DNA of 62,925 nucleotides, filler included. It is 3 parts of 3 records of this genome, joined end to end, with 100 filler letters (N's around TTAATTAATTAA, not from the genome) between each part and the next. Parts side by side here need not be neighbours in the genome. Positions count along the whole stretch, not along the records: positions 47,091 to 62,925 come from DRR723986_31541; 2 more parts are not named here. The stretch is one strand, 5' to 3'. This document shows positions 51,774 to 60,948 of this stretch, piece after piece. Below the pieces are notes generated by a model that was not told where the DNA came from, did no database searches, and saw nothing but the letters and a program-made list of their open reading frames with translations. The first letter of the stretch is position 1, and each line of letters starts with the position of its first letter. Position numbers and translations under genes: made by a program.

Positions 51774-52244
51774 TTACTTCTCTACTCTAGTATAAATAAT
51801 CCCTAAGGAGCTTGCATAAAGTGGCATAATGGTATGGAGCTCTTTATTCTTATTTCTGAGTTGAAATTCTCTCGATAGATTTCCTTGATCCTGCAAGCTG
51901 AGCCCTTCTTTGTCCGAAAACATCGTTCCACCCATGTTAATGTAATGTTCTGAAATAGAAACTGTTATTTTATTTTCAACAATTTGGTAGTTGCCATTAT
52001 AATATTCCAGAAAGCCTAACACACTCCCAGTCTCCATATCCTTGGCAAAAACCTCAGCATACACCTCACCATCTAACTTGAATTCAATGGAATAAATAAT
52101 ATCGTAGGACTGATCATCAGTCTTGTATTCAATGACTTTTTGCCAATGACTCTGGGTCAATACCTCGGGATTGACATCATCATTATCCTTGCAACTGATA
52201 ATAAACAAAACAATAGCGAGTAGAGGAAGCAGGTTTGTTTTCAT
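51774..52244 (-). CDS. Hypothetical lipoprotein
   Basis: MKTNLLPLLAIVLFIISC lipobox followed by KDNDD. Confidence 0.75.
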   Translation of the reverse strand: MKTNLLPLLAIVLFIISCKDNDDVNPEVLTQSHWQKVIEYKTDDQSYDIIYSIEFKLDGEVYAEVFAKDMETGSVLGFLEYYNGNYQIVENKITVSISEHYINMGGTMFSDKEGLSLQDQGNLSREFQLRNKNKELHTIMPLYASSLGIIYTRVEK

Positions 52245-52420
52245 ATACAAAGGTCGGTTTATTTGAAAAGTCCACTGATTAAATAAAGAAAATCAGGATA
52301 TACGGGATATAACTATTACGTGACTTAGCTGCATAGCGCTACAAAAAATCTACTCTCAAATTTATACTGGCATTCTAACTAAGCAGAGTAACTTGCACCT
52401 ACAAACCCGACAAACTCAAA

Positions 52421-52636
52421 ATGGAAAAGAAAACTCTGTCTGGAACCATCCGAAAAAACATTCAAATCGACAGCGAAGTCACCATTGTACAAAAACACCA
52501 TCAAAGATCTGGTGAACTCACCGAAGGCTTCGTCAAGCGAATTTTAACCTCCTCTCCAACACATCACCATGGGATCAAAGTAATGCTGGATACCGGAGAA
52601 GTGGGAAGAGTAGTAGACGTCTTTGTCGAAGACTAA
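52421..52636 (+). CDS. YwbE family protein
   Basis: V.IVQK..QRSG.LTEG.V..ILT.S..H.HGIKV.L..G.VGRV. Confidence 0.85.
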   Translation: MEKKTLSGTIRKNIQIDSEVTIVQKHHQRSGELTEGFVKRILTSSPTHHHGIKVMLDTGEVGRVVDVFVED

Positions 52637-53101
52637 CTAGCCCGTTGGACGGTGTTTCTTTTTTAATCCATTCAAGAAATTCCTGAGAATTTGGTCTTTA
52701 CAAGGTCTGTATTGGGATTGGCTAGGTTTTCTGAAAAAGGCACTCAACTCGTGTGGACTGATATGCATACCTACGGAAGAGAGAATTTCAAGCACATCGT
52801 CTTCCTTCAAATTCAGGGCTATTCGAAGTTTCCTGAAAATGATATTGTTATTTAAGGACTTTTCAGGCTTTGGGTCTTCACCATCCTTTTTCCCTCTCTT
52901 GTCAATAATAAAACCGTTCAAAAAAGCCGCCAGGTCTTTATCGATAATAGCTTGGAAATACTCCTCGTCATCATTTTTCAAAAAATTTGCAACCTCTTCC
53001 CGTTTTAGATCCAATCCTCCGGCTTTAAAAATGGCTACCATTTCAGGGTCTTTGTAATTGAAAATATACCGAATGGTCCGTAAAATATCTGAATTTGTCA
53101 T
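52637..53101 (-). CDS. DUF1456 (YehS) family protein
   Basis: MTNSDILR.IRY, FLNGFI..KRG, NN.I.RKLRIAL, ELSAFFRK, C.DQ.LRNFL.GL; TACCTTTG promoter element upstream. Confidence 0.88.
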   Translation of the reverse strand: MTNSDILRTIRYIFNYKDPEMVAIFKAGGLDLKREEVANFLKNDDEEYFQAIIDKDLAAFLNGFIIDKRGKKDGEDPKPEKSLNNNIIFRKLRIALNLKEDDVLEILSSVGMHISPHELSAFFRKPSQSQYRPCKDQILRNFLNGLKKKHRPTG

Positions 53102-53425
53102 GAATGCTCTTTGCTGAGTTTAACTCAAAGGTAAGGATGAATTAGGAATTGCTGCCTGGAAATTAGCAATGAAATGTTATTCAAAAATTCAGTCAGATAA
53201 AATCTAGTATGACTTAAAAGCCACAAATTGGGATGTTTTCTGGTTCAAGTTTCATGATTAGACCCCACAATAATGAAGTCTTCTGACTTCTATTTCAGTT
53301 TCATACAGCAATCTGAAGACTGCAATAAAATAGGCACAAGTCTGATGACTTGCGCCAATCAATCAATACAGGTTTGTAGGATTGTCATGTGCCAAGCTGG
53401 ATTGAATTAGATATCGAACGCCTGA

Positions 53426-53863
53426 TCAACTCTGAGGAGCAGCTTCAGCAAAAGAAATCATCCAATTAATTCCAAATCGATCAGTAAGCATCCCGAAATA
53501 ATCTCCCCAGAAAGTACTTGCCATAGGCATTGTCACCTTTCCATCGGCGGAAAGCTTCGTAAAAAAGTCATCAGCTTTCTCCTTAGAATCAGTGTTAATA
53601 GAAATAGAGAAATTATTACCAACAATTAAAGGACCACCATGCCCTCCTGTATCAGATCCCATCAAAATACATTCTTTGCTTATAGGCAAACTGATATGCA
53701 TGATTTGGTTTCTAAACTCATCTCCAATAGGATAAGTGGGGTCAGCGGGCATGTCAGAAAATCTTCCCACATGGGCAAATTCTCCTCCGAAAACAGAGCG
53801 ATAAAAATTGAAGGCATTCTCACAGTTTCCTTCGAAGGTCAGATAAGTGTTTAAAGTAGTCAT
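53426..53863 (-). CDS. VOC/PhnB family protein
   Basis: YLTFEGNCE.AF.FY, IMH, LMGSD, TFWG..FGMLTDRFGINWM. Confidence 0.9.
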   Translation of the reverse strand: MTTLNTYLTFEGNCENAFNFYRSVFGGEFAHVGRFSDMPADPTYPIGDEFRNQIMHISLPISKECILMGSDTGGHGGPLIVGNNFSISINTDSKEKADDFFTKLSADGKVTMPMASTFWGDYFGMLTDRFGINWMISFAEAAPQS

Positions 53864-53915
53864 AGTGTTTAGGGTTATAATGGATAAAATTTTAATGCTG
53901 TTTGGCTGAAGGTTA

Positions 53916-54230
53916 TCAGCACTGTTTTTGAATTAATTCGTCAATGTATATATCAATTTGGGATAAGAAAGTAGTATCAGTTCGGTAATCTGCCTGCACT
54001 TCATCAGCCGCGGAAAAACAAACAGGAGAGGTAAATTTGGCTAAGCTTATCTCGTTGTTTTTACTATCAACGCTCGGATATTGTAAGCCCTTCATTCTAA
54101 CCCTGATTCTTTCGATCAAATATTCATCAGTAGGAAGTGGACCAATACTAGCATTGCTAAGAGCAAGGACAAGTTTCTGTAGAATACGGCGTTCAAATTC
54201 CATAGCTGTAGATTTTGCTGTAGAGGCCAT
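53916..54230 (-). CDS. Hypothetical protein
   Basis: 104-aa ATG ORF co-oriented between MATE and VOC genes; contains FTSPVCF. Confidence 0.5.
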   Translation of the reverse strand: MASTAKSTAMEFERRILQKLVLALSNASIGPLPTDEYLIERIRVRMKGLQYPSVDSKNNEISLAKFTSPVCFSAADEVQADYRTDTTFLSQIDIYIDELIQKQC

Positions 54231-54265
54231 TTAATTTAACAAAATCACCTGACTTGACCCTGCTT

Positions 54266-55645
54266 CTAAACCTCCTTTAGCTTCCATTTGCCTTTTCTAA
54301 AGAAATAAAGGGAAACTACAGAATGGAAACTATGGCTAAATGCGATGGAAATGAAAATCCCCAAATGAGCCAATCCTAAAGGAAAAGCCAACACATAAGC
54401 TAGCGGAATTTCTATAAACCAAAGTACACCTATGTTGATCCAAGCAGGTGTTTTGGTATCTCCTGCCCCATTGAAAGCCTGTGTCAGCACCATACCAACA
54501 GCGAAGAAAACGTAACCAAGCGCGACCACCCAAAGTCCTTGAGCGGCTACTGACTGCACTTCGGGAATAGAGGTGAAGAATCCAGCCAATTGCTGATTAA
54601 AAAGCAGATAAATGCCTGTGACTGATGCCATGAAAATCACCGTGTATCTGGTGGTTAACCAAACAGCTTTCTCAGCACGATCTGGTTGCTTGGCACCCAA
54701 GTTTTGACCCACCAACATAGATGCAGCTCCAGATAAACCCCAAGCAGGCAACAGGGTAAAAATCAGTATTCTAAATGCTATAGTAAATCCAGCTAAAGAG
54801 GCTGATCCAAACTCAGCATTCATACGAGTTAGCGCAATCCATGACACGGAATCAATCAGAAATTGTCCCATTCCGCCTATAGCGATTTCCATTATTCTCT
54901 TGATGATTTCCCAGGAGATCACAATGTTTTCCTTTAGGATTTTCAGCTTGTGCTTTCCGTTGAATAGATGATACAACTGATAAACTACACCAACTCCTCT
55001 ACCAAACGTCGTCGCAATTGCTGCTCCTTCTAAGCCAAAACCTTCAATATTTCCAACTCCAAAAATCAGAATTGGATCCAAAATCATATTCAGTCCATTA
55101 GCAATCCAAAGTGATCGCATCGCATGATGTGCTTGGCCTGCCCCTCGAAATGCTCCATTCAGAAGAAATAAGAGCATAATGGCAGTATTTCCAGCAAAAA
55201 TAATTCGTGTATAATTGACTCCGGTTTCTATCACTTTTGGCTCTGCTCCCATTAAGCCTAGAATATCCGGAGCGAAGATCCATCCCAGAATTCCAAGTAC
55301 AATAGAAATAGCTCCACCAACAATTAGCAATTGGAAAGCTGCAGCTCCAGCCTCGAAGTATTCTTTTTCACCAAATCTTCTGGAAATCAAAGCAGTCGCT
55401 GCCATGCTTATGCCAAATCCCATTGCATAAACCAACACCACAACGGACTCAGTCAATCCAACCGTAGCGATAGCATGTTCACCCAGTTTGGCTACAAAAA
55501 AGATATCCACTACTGCAAAAGCTGACTCCATCATCATCTCTAGGATCATGGGAATAGCAAGTACAAAAATTGCCGTTTTAAGGGAAAGACTGGTGAAATC
55601 CTGCTCTTTGCCACGCAGGGCATCTTTTATTAATTGCCAGGTCAT
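54266..55645 (-). CDS. MATE family efflux transporter
   Basis: LAIP..LEM, VDIFFV, RGAG, N.ILDP.LIFG, GAAIAT, LVGQNLGA, GAGDT. Confidence 0.93.
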   Translation of the reverse strand: MTWQLIKDALRGKEQDFTSLSLKTAIFVLAIPMILEMMMESAFAVVDIFFVAKLGEHAIATVGLTESVVVLVYAMGFGISMAATALISRRFGEKEYFEAGAAAFQLLIVGGAISIVLGILGWIFAPDILGLMGAEPKVIETGVNYTRIIFAGNTAIMLLFLLNGAFRGAGQAHHAMRSLWIANGLNMILDPILIFGVGNIEGFGLEGAAIATTFGRGVGVVYQLYHLFNGKHKLKILKENIVISWEIIKRIMEIAIGGMGQFLIDSVSWIALTRMNAEFGSASLAGFTIAFRILIFTLLPAWGLSGAASMLVGQNLGAKQPDRAEKAVWLTTRYTVIFMASVTGIYLLFNQQLAGFFTSIPEVQSVAAQGLWVVALGYVFFAVGMVLTQAFNGAGDTKTPAWINIGVLWFIEIPLAYVLAFPLGLAHLGIFISIAFSHSFHSVVSLYFFRKGKWKLKEV

Positions 55646-55872
55646 TTGAAAATTGGAAAAATAATGAGGGGCGAAATAAAAGGAAATTTCCGCTGATCGA
55701 AAAACTCTAAGAGTTATTAAAGAATTATCAAACGCATATCAGACAGTTTTTGTCGCTTTTAGCCATGGCTTCCCGTTTTAAAATCAACTGCTCTATCCCA
55801 TAATTTGAGTATCTGCTTTTCTGCAAGCAGAGAGACCAAAGCACTATAAGTATTGGTCAACACTATCGCTAA

Positions 55873-55972
55873 GGTCGCTTCAGCCTGTCCGCCAGTGCGG
55901 AAGTCACCCATCTTCGGTCACCTAACAGAATGAGCAAAGGGATTTTGGCTAAAGCCATCTTTTGGGGTATCG
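55873..55972 (-). ncRNA. Putative structured RNA, divergent copy of dispersed element (copy D)
   Basis: GGTCGCTTCAGCCTGTCCGCCAGTGCGGAAGTCA and AGCAAAG align with 44444-44511; located immediately 3' of a minus-strand stop codon. Confidence 0.5.
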
Positions 55973-55979
55973 ATATTTA

Positions 55980-56693
55980 TCAATGAACCGACTTCCTATC
56001 CACGATCACATGTGCATTTGGGTGAAGCCAGAGAACTGAAGCGGGAAGGTCTGTCCGGATTTTTCCTTCCATTAATAAATCCAAAGCCTGCTTTTTGCCC
56101 TTTCCAGTGATAAAGAGAATGACCATTTTCGAAGCCATAATATTTCCCACTCCCATTGTCATTCCTTGAGTTAAGGGAATTCCAACTTTCTCAATCATTC
56201 CACTCGCTAAAGTAACCGGATGCAAATTGGCTACATGGCAATCTGGTTGAAGATAATCTCCAGGCTCATTTAACGCGATGTGACCATTTATACCTATCCC
56301 CAGAATACAAATATCTATGCCAGTGAATTCAACAATTTTATCCTGGATCCTATCGCATTCTGACTCCGGGTCATCTGTTTCCACATCAAATGAGAAGTAT
56401 CTATCATCCTTTATCCCCAATTTTTTGACCAACTTCTCCTGAATATCATATTCGGAAGTAAATGTGGAATCCTTGGGCAATCCCACCCACTCATCGAGTT
56501 TGATCACATTCATCCAATCGAAAAAGCCAGGTGAATCGAGTTGTTTTTCCACCATCAATTCATACAATCCAGCGGGGGAATTTCCACTTGCTGCGCAAAA
56601 AAGCAAATCAGGATTGATCTCAACCTCTGCATGAACGAGCTCAGCTCCTAGCTGAGACATTTCTTGGTAGTTTTTGCAATTATGTAGCTTCAT
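55980..56693 (-). CDS. Glucosamine/galactosamine-6-phosphate isomerase family protein
   Basis: ASGNSP, LDEWVGL, LGIGINGHIALNEP, TMGVG.I, PASVL.LH. Confidence 0.88.
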   Translation of the reverse strand: MKLHNCKNYQEMSQLGAELVHAEVEINPDLLFCAASGNSPAGLYELMVEKQLDSPGFFDWMNVIKLDEWVGLPKDSTFTSEYDIQEKLVKKLGIKDDRYFSFDVETDDPESECDRIQDKIVEFTGIDICILGIGINGHIALNEPGDYLQPDCHVANLHPVTLASGMIEKVGIPLTQGMTMGVGNIMASKMVILFITGKGKKQALDLLMEGKIRTDLPASVLWLHPNAHVIVDRKSVH

Positions 56694-56780
56694 GATCTAG
56701 GTTTAGTATGTGAAAATGAATGTAAGTGATGACTAAAATAAGTTGATTTTCAATTGAGGTTATCCTGATAGTTCAAAATT

Positions 56781-58169
56781 TCAACCTATTCCCGTTCCGA
56801 GCCAATCACCTCGATGTCTGATCGTCCGTATTTTCCAATGGCCGGTTTTGAAATAAATAAAGGCAACCAATGCTGCTATAAAATTGGAAATTGGGAAAGC
56901 CCACCAAATCCCCTCAAAAGCCAGCGTTGTTTTCTGAGAAAGCACAAATGCTGTAGGAAAGCGCACGATCCACAAACTAAAAATGGAAATCAATAAGGAA
57001 GCTTGGGTAAATCTTGCTCCGTTGAAGAGTCCATTCAGAACTTGGTTGACACCAAGCAAACCAAAGCTAGGTGCCATAATTCTTATAAAAGTTGCTCCGT
57101 CTCTGATCACTTCAGGATCATTGGGGACGAAGAATGCCGTTAGATTCTCCGCAAAAACAAATAATAAAAGGCCAATTCCAGTCAGGCCAAAGAAGGCGAC
57201 TTTTACGCTTAGATTTCCAATACTTTCGGCTTTCTTAATTTTAGAAGCTCCAATATTCTGACCTACCATGGTCGTCGTCGCCATGGCTAATCCTTGCGCC
57301 GGAACAATTACCAAACTCAAAATCCTTGCTCCAATTCCATAAGCAGCAACTACCCCACTACCAAAACTCGTAACCAACATCACCAATACCGTCAAGACTG
57401 CGGAGCGAGAGGATTGCTCCAAACTGGCTGGAATCCCCAATTCAAACATACGCTTGATCCACTGGAAGTCTGGTTTCATGTCAGCAAGTCGGATTTTAAT
57501 CCCTTTTTTACCACGAAACAGAATCACAATTCCTACGAGAGCAGATAAGCCCTGCGTGATAATACTCGCCACAGCTGCACCAGCTACTCCATAGCCCTCA
57601 ATGGATCCAAACCCAAAAATGAAAAGTGGATCCAAAACCAGATTTAGCAGAACGGTACCCAAAACGATATACATCGGCATCAACACATTTCCAATGCCTC
57701 GCATCAGCGACTGGAAAGTGAAAAACATAAAGAGAAAAACGAACCCAAAGGATGAAACCTGGAAATACTTAACCGAATCATCCAGCGTTTCTGGCCCTGC
57801 ACCAACCAAATTCATTAATGGTGAAGCACCAACATAGCCTAAAACTGCCAGCATGGCAGACACAAAGAAGATCACTAAAACGGTTTGCGAAGCACTAAAA
57901 TCTATCATCCGCTGATCATCGGCTCCTTTATATTGGGAAACGATAACTGTTCCCGCCAAGGTAAGTCCAGCGCCAAGAGATAGCACCAGAAATAATATCG
58001 GAAAACTAATACTCACTGCAGCTACAGCGTTTGCGCCTAATCTCCCCAGCCAAAAAGTATCAATTAGCTGATAGGCAGTCTGCAGAATATTTGCCATAAT
58101 AATCGGCCAAGCCAAGGTAAAAAGGCTCCGTATTAAATTCCCTTGGGACAAATCTGACTTTTTACTCAT
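56781..58169 (-). CDS. MATE family efflux transporter
   Basis: LAWP, YQLIDTFW.G.LG, MRG.G, N.VLDP.FIFG, GAAVA, VGQNIGA. Confidence 0.93.
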   Translation of the reverse strand: MSKKSDLSQGNLIRSLFTLAWPIIMANILQTAYQLIDTFWLGRLGANAVAAVSISFPILFLVLSLGAGLTLAGTVIVSQYKGADDQRMIDFSASQTVLVIFFVSAMLAVLGYVGASPLMNLVGAGPETLDDSVKYFQVSSFGFVFLFMFFTFQSLMRGIGNVLMPMYIVLGTVLLNLVLDPLFIFGFGSIEGYGVAGAAVASIITQGLSALVGIVILFRGKKGIKIRLADMKPDFQWIKRMFELGIPASLEQSSRSAVLTVLVMLVTSFGSGVVAAYGIGARILSLVIVPAQGLAMATTTMVGQNIGASKIKKAESIGNLSVKVAFFGLTGIGLLLFVFAENLTAFFVPNDPEVIRDGATFIRIMAPSFGLLGVNQVLNGLFNGARFTQASLLISIFSLWIVRFPTAFVLSQKTTLAFEGIWWAFPISNFIAALVAFIYFKTGHWKIRTIRHRGDWLGTGIG

Positions 58170-58468
58170 GAATCCAAAATCTAGCTTTTCACTTGATATC
58201 CTAAGATGCTAGTAAAATTCTGGAATCAGAAATTTGAACCATCAGAAGAATGTAAATCCTTATAAAACACCCAGCTTCATTAGACTTAAGGTCACGTAAA
58301 ACTTAAACGCCTAGAAATCCATGAGGCTCTTCACAAATCTTATAGGACAAATCCCCCTTAAAAATTTCACACATACGAGGATTCCCAACAAAGCCAATAC
58401 CTATGAAACTATATTCCTTTTATCCCTTCAGGCTTCGCTCATGTTAGAATTGACACCTTCTGCAAAGG

Positions 58469-58503
58469 TCTTGATTCTAGCGTCTTGCTTCTTGCTACTC
58501 CTA
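58469..58503. repeat. Half-copy of heptamer array 3' of kynA
   Basis: tcttgat tctagcg tcttgct tcttgct; its reverse complement AGACGCTAGAATCAAG nearly matches 28670-28685. Confidence 0.6.
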
Positions 58504-58507
58504 AAAT

Positions 58508-59467
58508 CTACTCTTCCCCAAAAATCTCCTTAACTACCCAACCTTTGCCCCAGTCTTCTCTTTCCTGCTCAGTCCAAAGTTCCGGGTAGAAAATCACCTT
58601 CTGGAAGCGCGGAGGAAGGTATTTCTGCCAGTTGGTTCCACCTGTCGCAGCAATATCCACAGGATCTCTCTGTAGAAATCTAACTGCAGACTTGTAATGC
58701 GCCAGTGGCCAAAAAACATTTGCCTTCAGATCAAACTGCTTCATCTCTTCCGTCAATTCAGCTGAAGGATCAGGAAGATCTATGTACTTCTGCCATAGAT
58801 TTTTGCGTCTATAGGCATCGATGAGATCCATTAATTTCTTGCTGTACTTCGCTTCAAAATTCTTTAGTGTCAGCGTTTTCTCTCCAGTCGCCAATTCAAC
58901 TGCCCCCTGCTGCCAATACAGATTTTCAAAAATCTCATCCGTCGGCGTATGGAAATCAGGATCAGTTCGCTTATCCAATGCAACGAGGTTAAATGCATCC
59001 GCAGCCATCAATTCTATCTCCCGATATTGTGCACTTTGGAACCCACTGGCAGGAAGCAGGGACATTCGGAATTTGAGAAATTGCTCCTGCTCCATCCCTT
59101 TCCACATCATAGCAAAAGAACCGATCAACTGATCAAAGTACATATTGATACGCTCCAGTCTTGCCTTAAAAAATTGCTCTGTAATCGGCTGTAAATCTGA
59201 AATTTGCTCCATTTCAGAAATAATTAACTTAAAATAAAGCTCCGTAATCTGATGATAAATAATGAAAATCTTTTCGTCTTTGAAAGAAGTCTTCGGCTGC
59301 TGCAGAGAAAGCAACACATCCAAGTTGATATAATCCCAATAGGCCAAATAATCCGCATACTGCAAACCTTCCAAGTAAGAAAGCATATCCTGTCCGGAAG
59401 CTTTAAATTTCTGCTGAAGCAGTTCAATTTTATCTAATATCTTGGGGTCAAATTGGGACTCTTCCAT
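58508..59467 (-). CDS. kynA: Tryptophan 2,3-dioxygenase
   Basis: Y.DYI.LD.LL.LQ, FIIYHQITELYFK, PASGFQSAQYR, TGGT. Confidence 0.9.
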   Translation of the reverse strand: MEESQFDPKILDKIELLQQKFKASGQDMLSYLEGLQYADYLAYWDYINLDVLLSLQQPKTSFKDEKIFIIYHQITELYFKLIISEMEQISDLQPITEQFFKARLERINMYFDQLIGSFAMMWKGMEQEQFLKFRMSLLPASGFQSAQYREIELMAADAFNLVALDKRTDPDFHTPTDEIFENLYWQQGAVELATGEKTLTLKNFEAKYSKKLMDLIDAYRRKNLWQKYIDLPDPSAELTEEMKQFDLKANVFWPLAHYKSAVRFLQRDPVDIAATGGTNWQKYLPPRFQKVIFYPELWTEQEREDWGKGWVVKEIFGEE

Positions 59468-59586
59468 AAGTACTTTTAGGACAAAAAGGTAGTATTTTCG
59501 TGAGCGATCCGTTTAATTAGGATCAGCTCTGGATTTTTAAAATCCCGACAAAAGTCACAGATTCATTCTATAAAACCAAAAAAACC

Positions 59587-60792
59587 ATGGAGTCAATTGA
59601 AATCCGAAAGTCATTAAAGCAAGATACCTTCGAGGGCGTTGATTTTTTAGACCTTGATGATTTGCTTACTGATGAGCATAAATTGATCAGATCTTCCATC
59701 CGGGATTTTGTCAAAAAGGAGATCTCTCCTTACATAGAAAACTGGGCTCAGAAGGCTCACTTCCCTAGCGAAATCGTCAAGAAATTCGGTGACGTGGGAG
59801 CTTTTGGACCGCAGATTCCTGAGCAATATGGAGGTGGTGGCTTGGACTATATTGCCTATGGCTTAATCATGCAGGAAATCGAACGGGGTGACTCAGGTAT
59901 GCGCTCGACGGCCTCTGTGCAGGGTTCGTTGGTAATGTATCCTATTTATAAATTCGGTTCGGAAGAACAGCGAAACAAATACTTGCCAAAACTAGCTTCT
60001 GGCGAAATGCTGGGCTGCTTCGGTCTTACTGAGCCAGATCACGGCTCCAACCCATCTGGCATGGTGACCAACTTCAAAGATATGGGCGATCATTACTTGC
60101 TGAATGGTGCCAAAATGTGGATTTCAAATTCTCCAGAAGCGGATATCGCAGTGGTCTGGGCAAAAAATGAAGAAGGCCGAATTCATGGTTTGATCGTGGA
60201 GCGGGGAATGGAAGGATTCACCACGCCGGAAACTCATGGCAAATGGTCGCTTAGGGCTTCCTGCACCGGAGAATTGGTTTTTGATAATGTGAAAGTGCCA
60301 AAGGAAAATCTTCTTCCTGGCAAATCAGGTTTGGGTGCACCGCTGATGTGCTTGGATTCTGCCCGATTTGGAATCGCCTGGGGAGCGATCGGCGCTGCAA
60401 TGGACTGTTACGAGTCTGCGAGAAAGTACGCCGCTGAGCGCATCCAATTCGGCAAACCCATTGCTGGTTTTCAACTGGTGCAGAAGAAACTCTCTGAAAT
60501 GCTTACCGAAATCACCAAAGCTCAGTTTTTAGCCTGGAAAGTCGGCAAGATGATGAATGAGGGAAAAGCCAAAACTGTCCATATCTCCATGGCAAAACGA
60601 AACAATGTGGAAATGGCGCTCAATATCGCCCGAGAAGCCAGACAAATCCATGGAGGAATGGGCATCACAGGAGAATATCCGATTATGCGCCATATGATGA
60701 ACCTGGAATCGGTGATTACTTACGAAGGAACGCATGATATTCACTTGCTGATTTTGGGTCAGGAGATTACTGGGATTCCGGCTTTTGTGTGA
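59587..60792 (+). CDS. gcdH: Glutaryl-CoA dehydrogenase
   Basis: YGLI.QEIERGDSG.RS.ASVQ.SLVMYPI, GCFGLTEPDHGSNP, ARFGIAWG, NLESV.TYEGTHDIH. Confidence 0.9.
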   Translation: MESIEIRKSLKQDTFEGVDFLDLDDLLTDEHKLIRSSIRDFVKKEISPYIENWAQKAHFPSEIVKKFGDVGAFGPQIPEQYGGGGLDYIAYGLIMQEIERGDSGMRSTASVQGSLVMYPIYKFGSEEQRNKYLPKLASGEMLGCFGLTEPDHGSNPSGMVTNFKDMGDHYLLNGAKMWISNSPEADIAVVWAKNEEGRIHGLIVERGMEGFTTPETHGKWSLRASCTGELVFDNVKVPKENLLPGKSGLGAPLMCLDSARFGIAWGAIGAAMDCYESARKYAAERIQFGKPIAGFQLVQKKLSEMLTEITKAQFLAWKVGKMMNEGKAKTVHISMAKRNNVEMALNIAREARQIHGGMGITGEYPIMRHMMNLESVITYEGTHDIHLLILGQEITGIPAFV

Positions 60793-60800
60793 GGTTTTTA

Positions 60801-60839
60801 ACCGCGGAGGGCACGGGAGGATACGCGGAGGGCGCAGAG
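60801..60839. repeat. Short GC-rich direct repeat (CGCGGAGGGC x2)
   Basis: CGCGGAGGGC at 60803-60812 and 60824-60833, directly after the gcdH stop. Confidence 0.55.
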
Positions 60840-60889
60840 TAGAGATTTAATTTTAAAATAAGAGTTCTTGAAAGGAAAGATCTATGAAA

Positions 60890-60935
60890 AATGTACTCAA
60901 CTAGTTGCGAATAGCGACACGTTATGGCTCAGATT
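60890..60935 (+). mobile_element. Putative array-proximal (attI-like) recombination site
   Basis: Palindrome CAACTAGTTG (60898-60907), then AGCGACAC|GTTATGGCTCA; the box is complementary to 62057-62071. Confidence 0.5.
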
Positions 60936-60948
60936 AAAACCACACTAA

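Noticed and set aside
58321-58533. 70-aa plus-strand ORF
   Set aside because: Overlaps the heptamer array and the kynA 3' end on the opposite strand; probably spurious.
2184-60744. Numerous short ORFs antisense to or nested in long genes (e.g. 2184-2609, 8037-8492, 36575-37036, 43342-43731)
   Set aside because: They overlap well-supported CDSs and lack motifs; treated as shadow ORFs.
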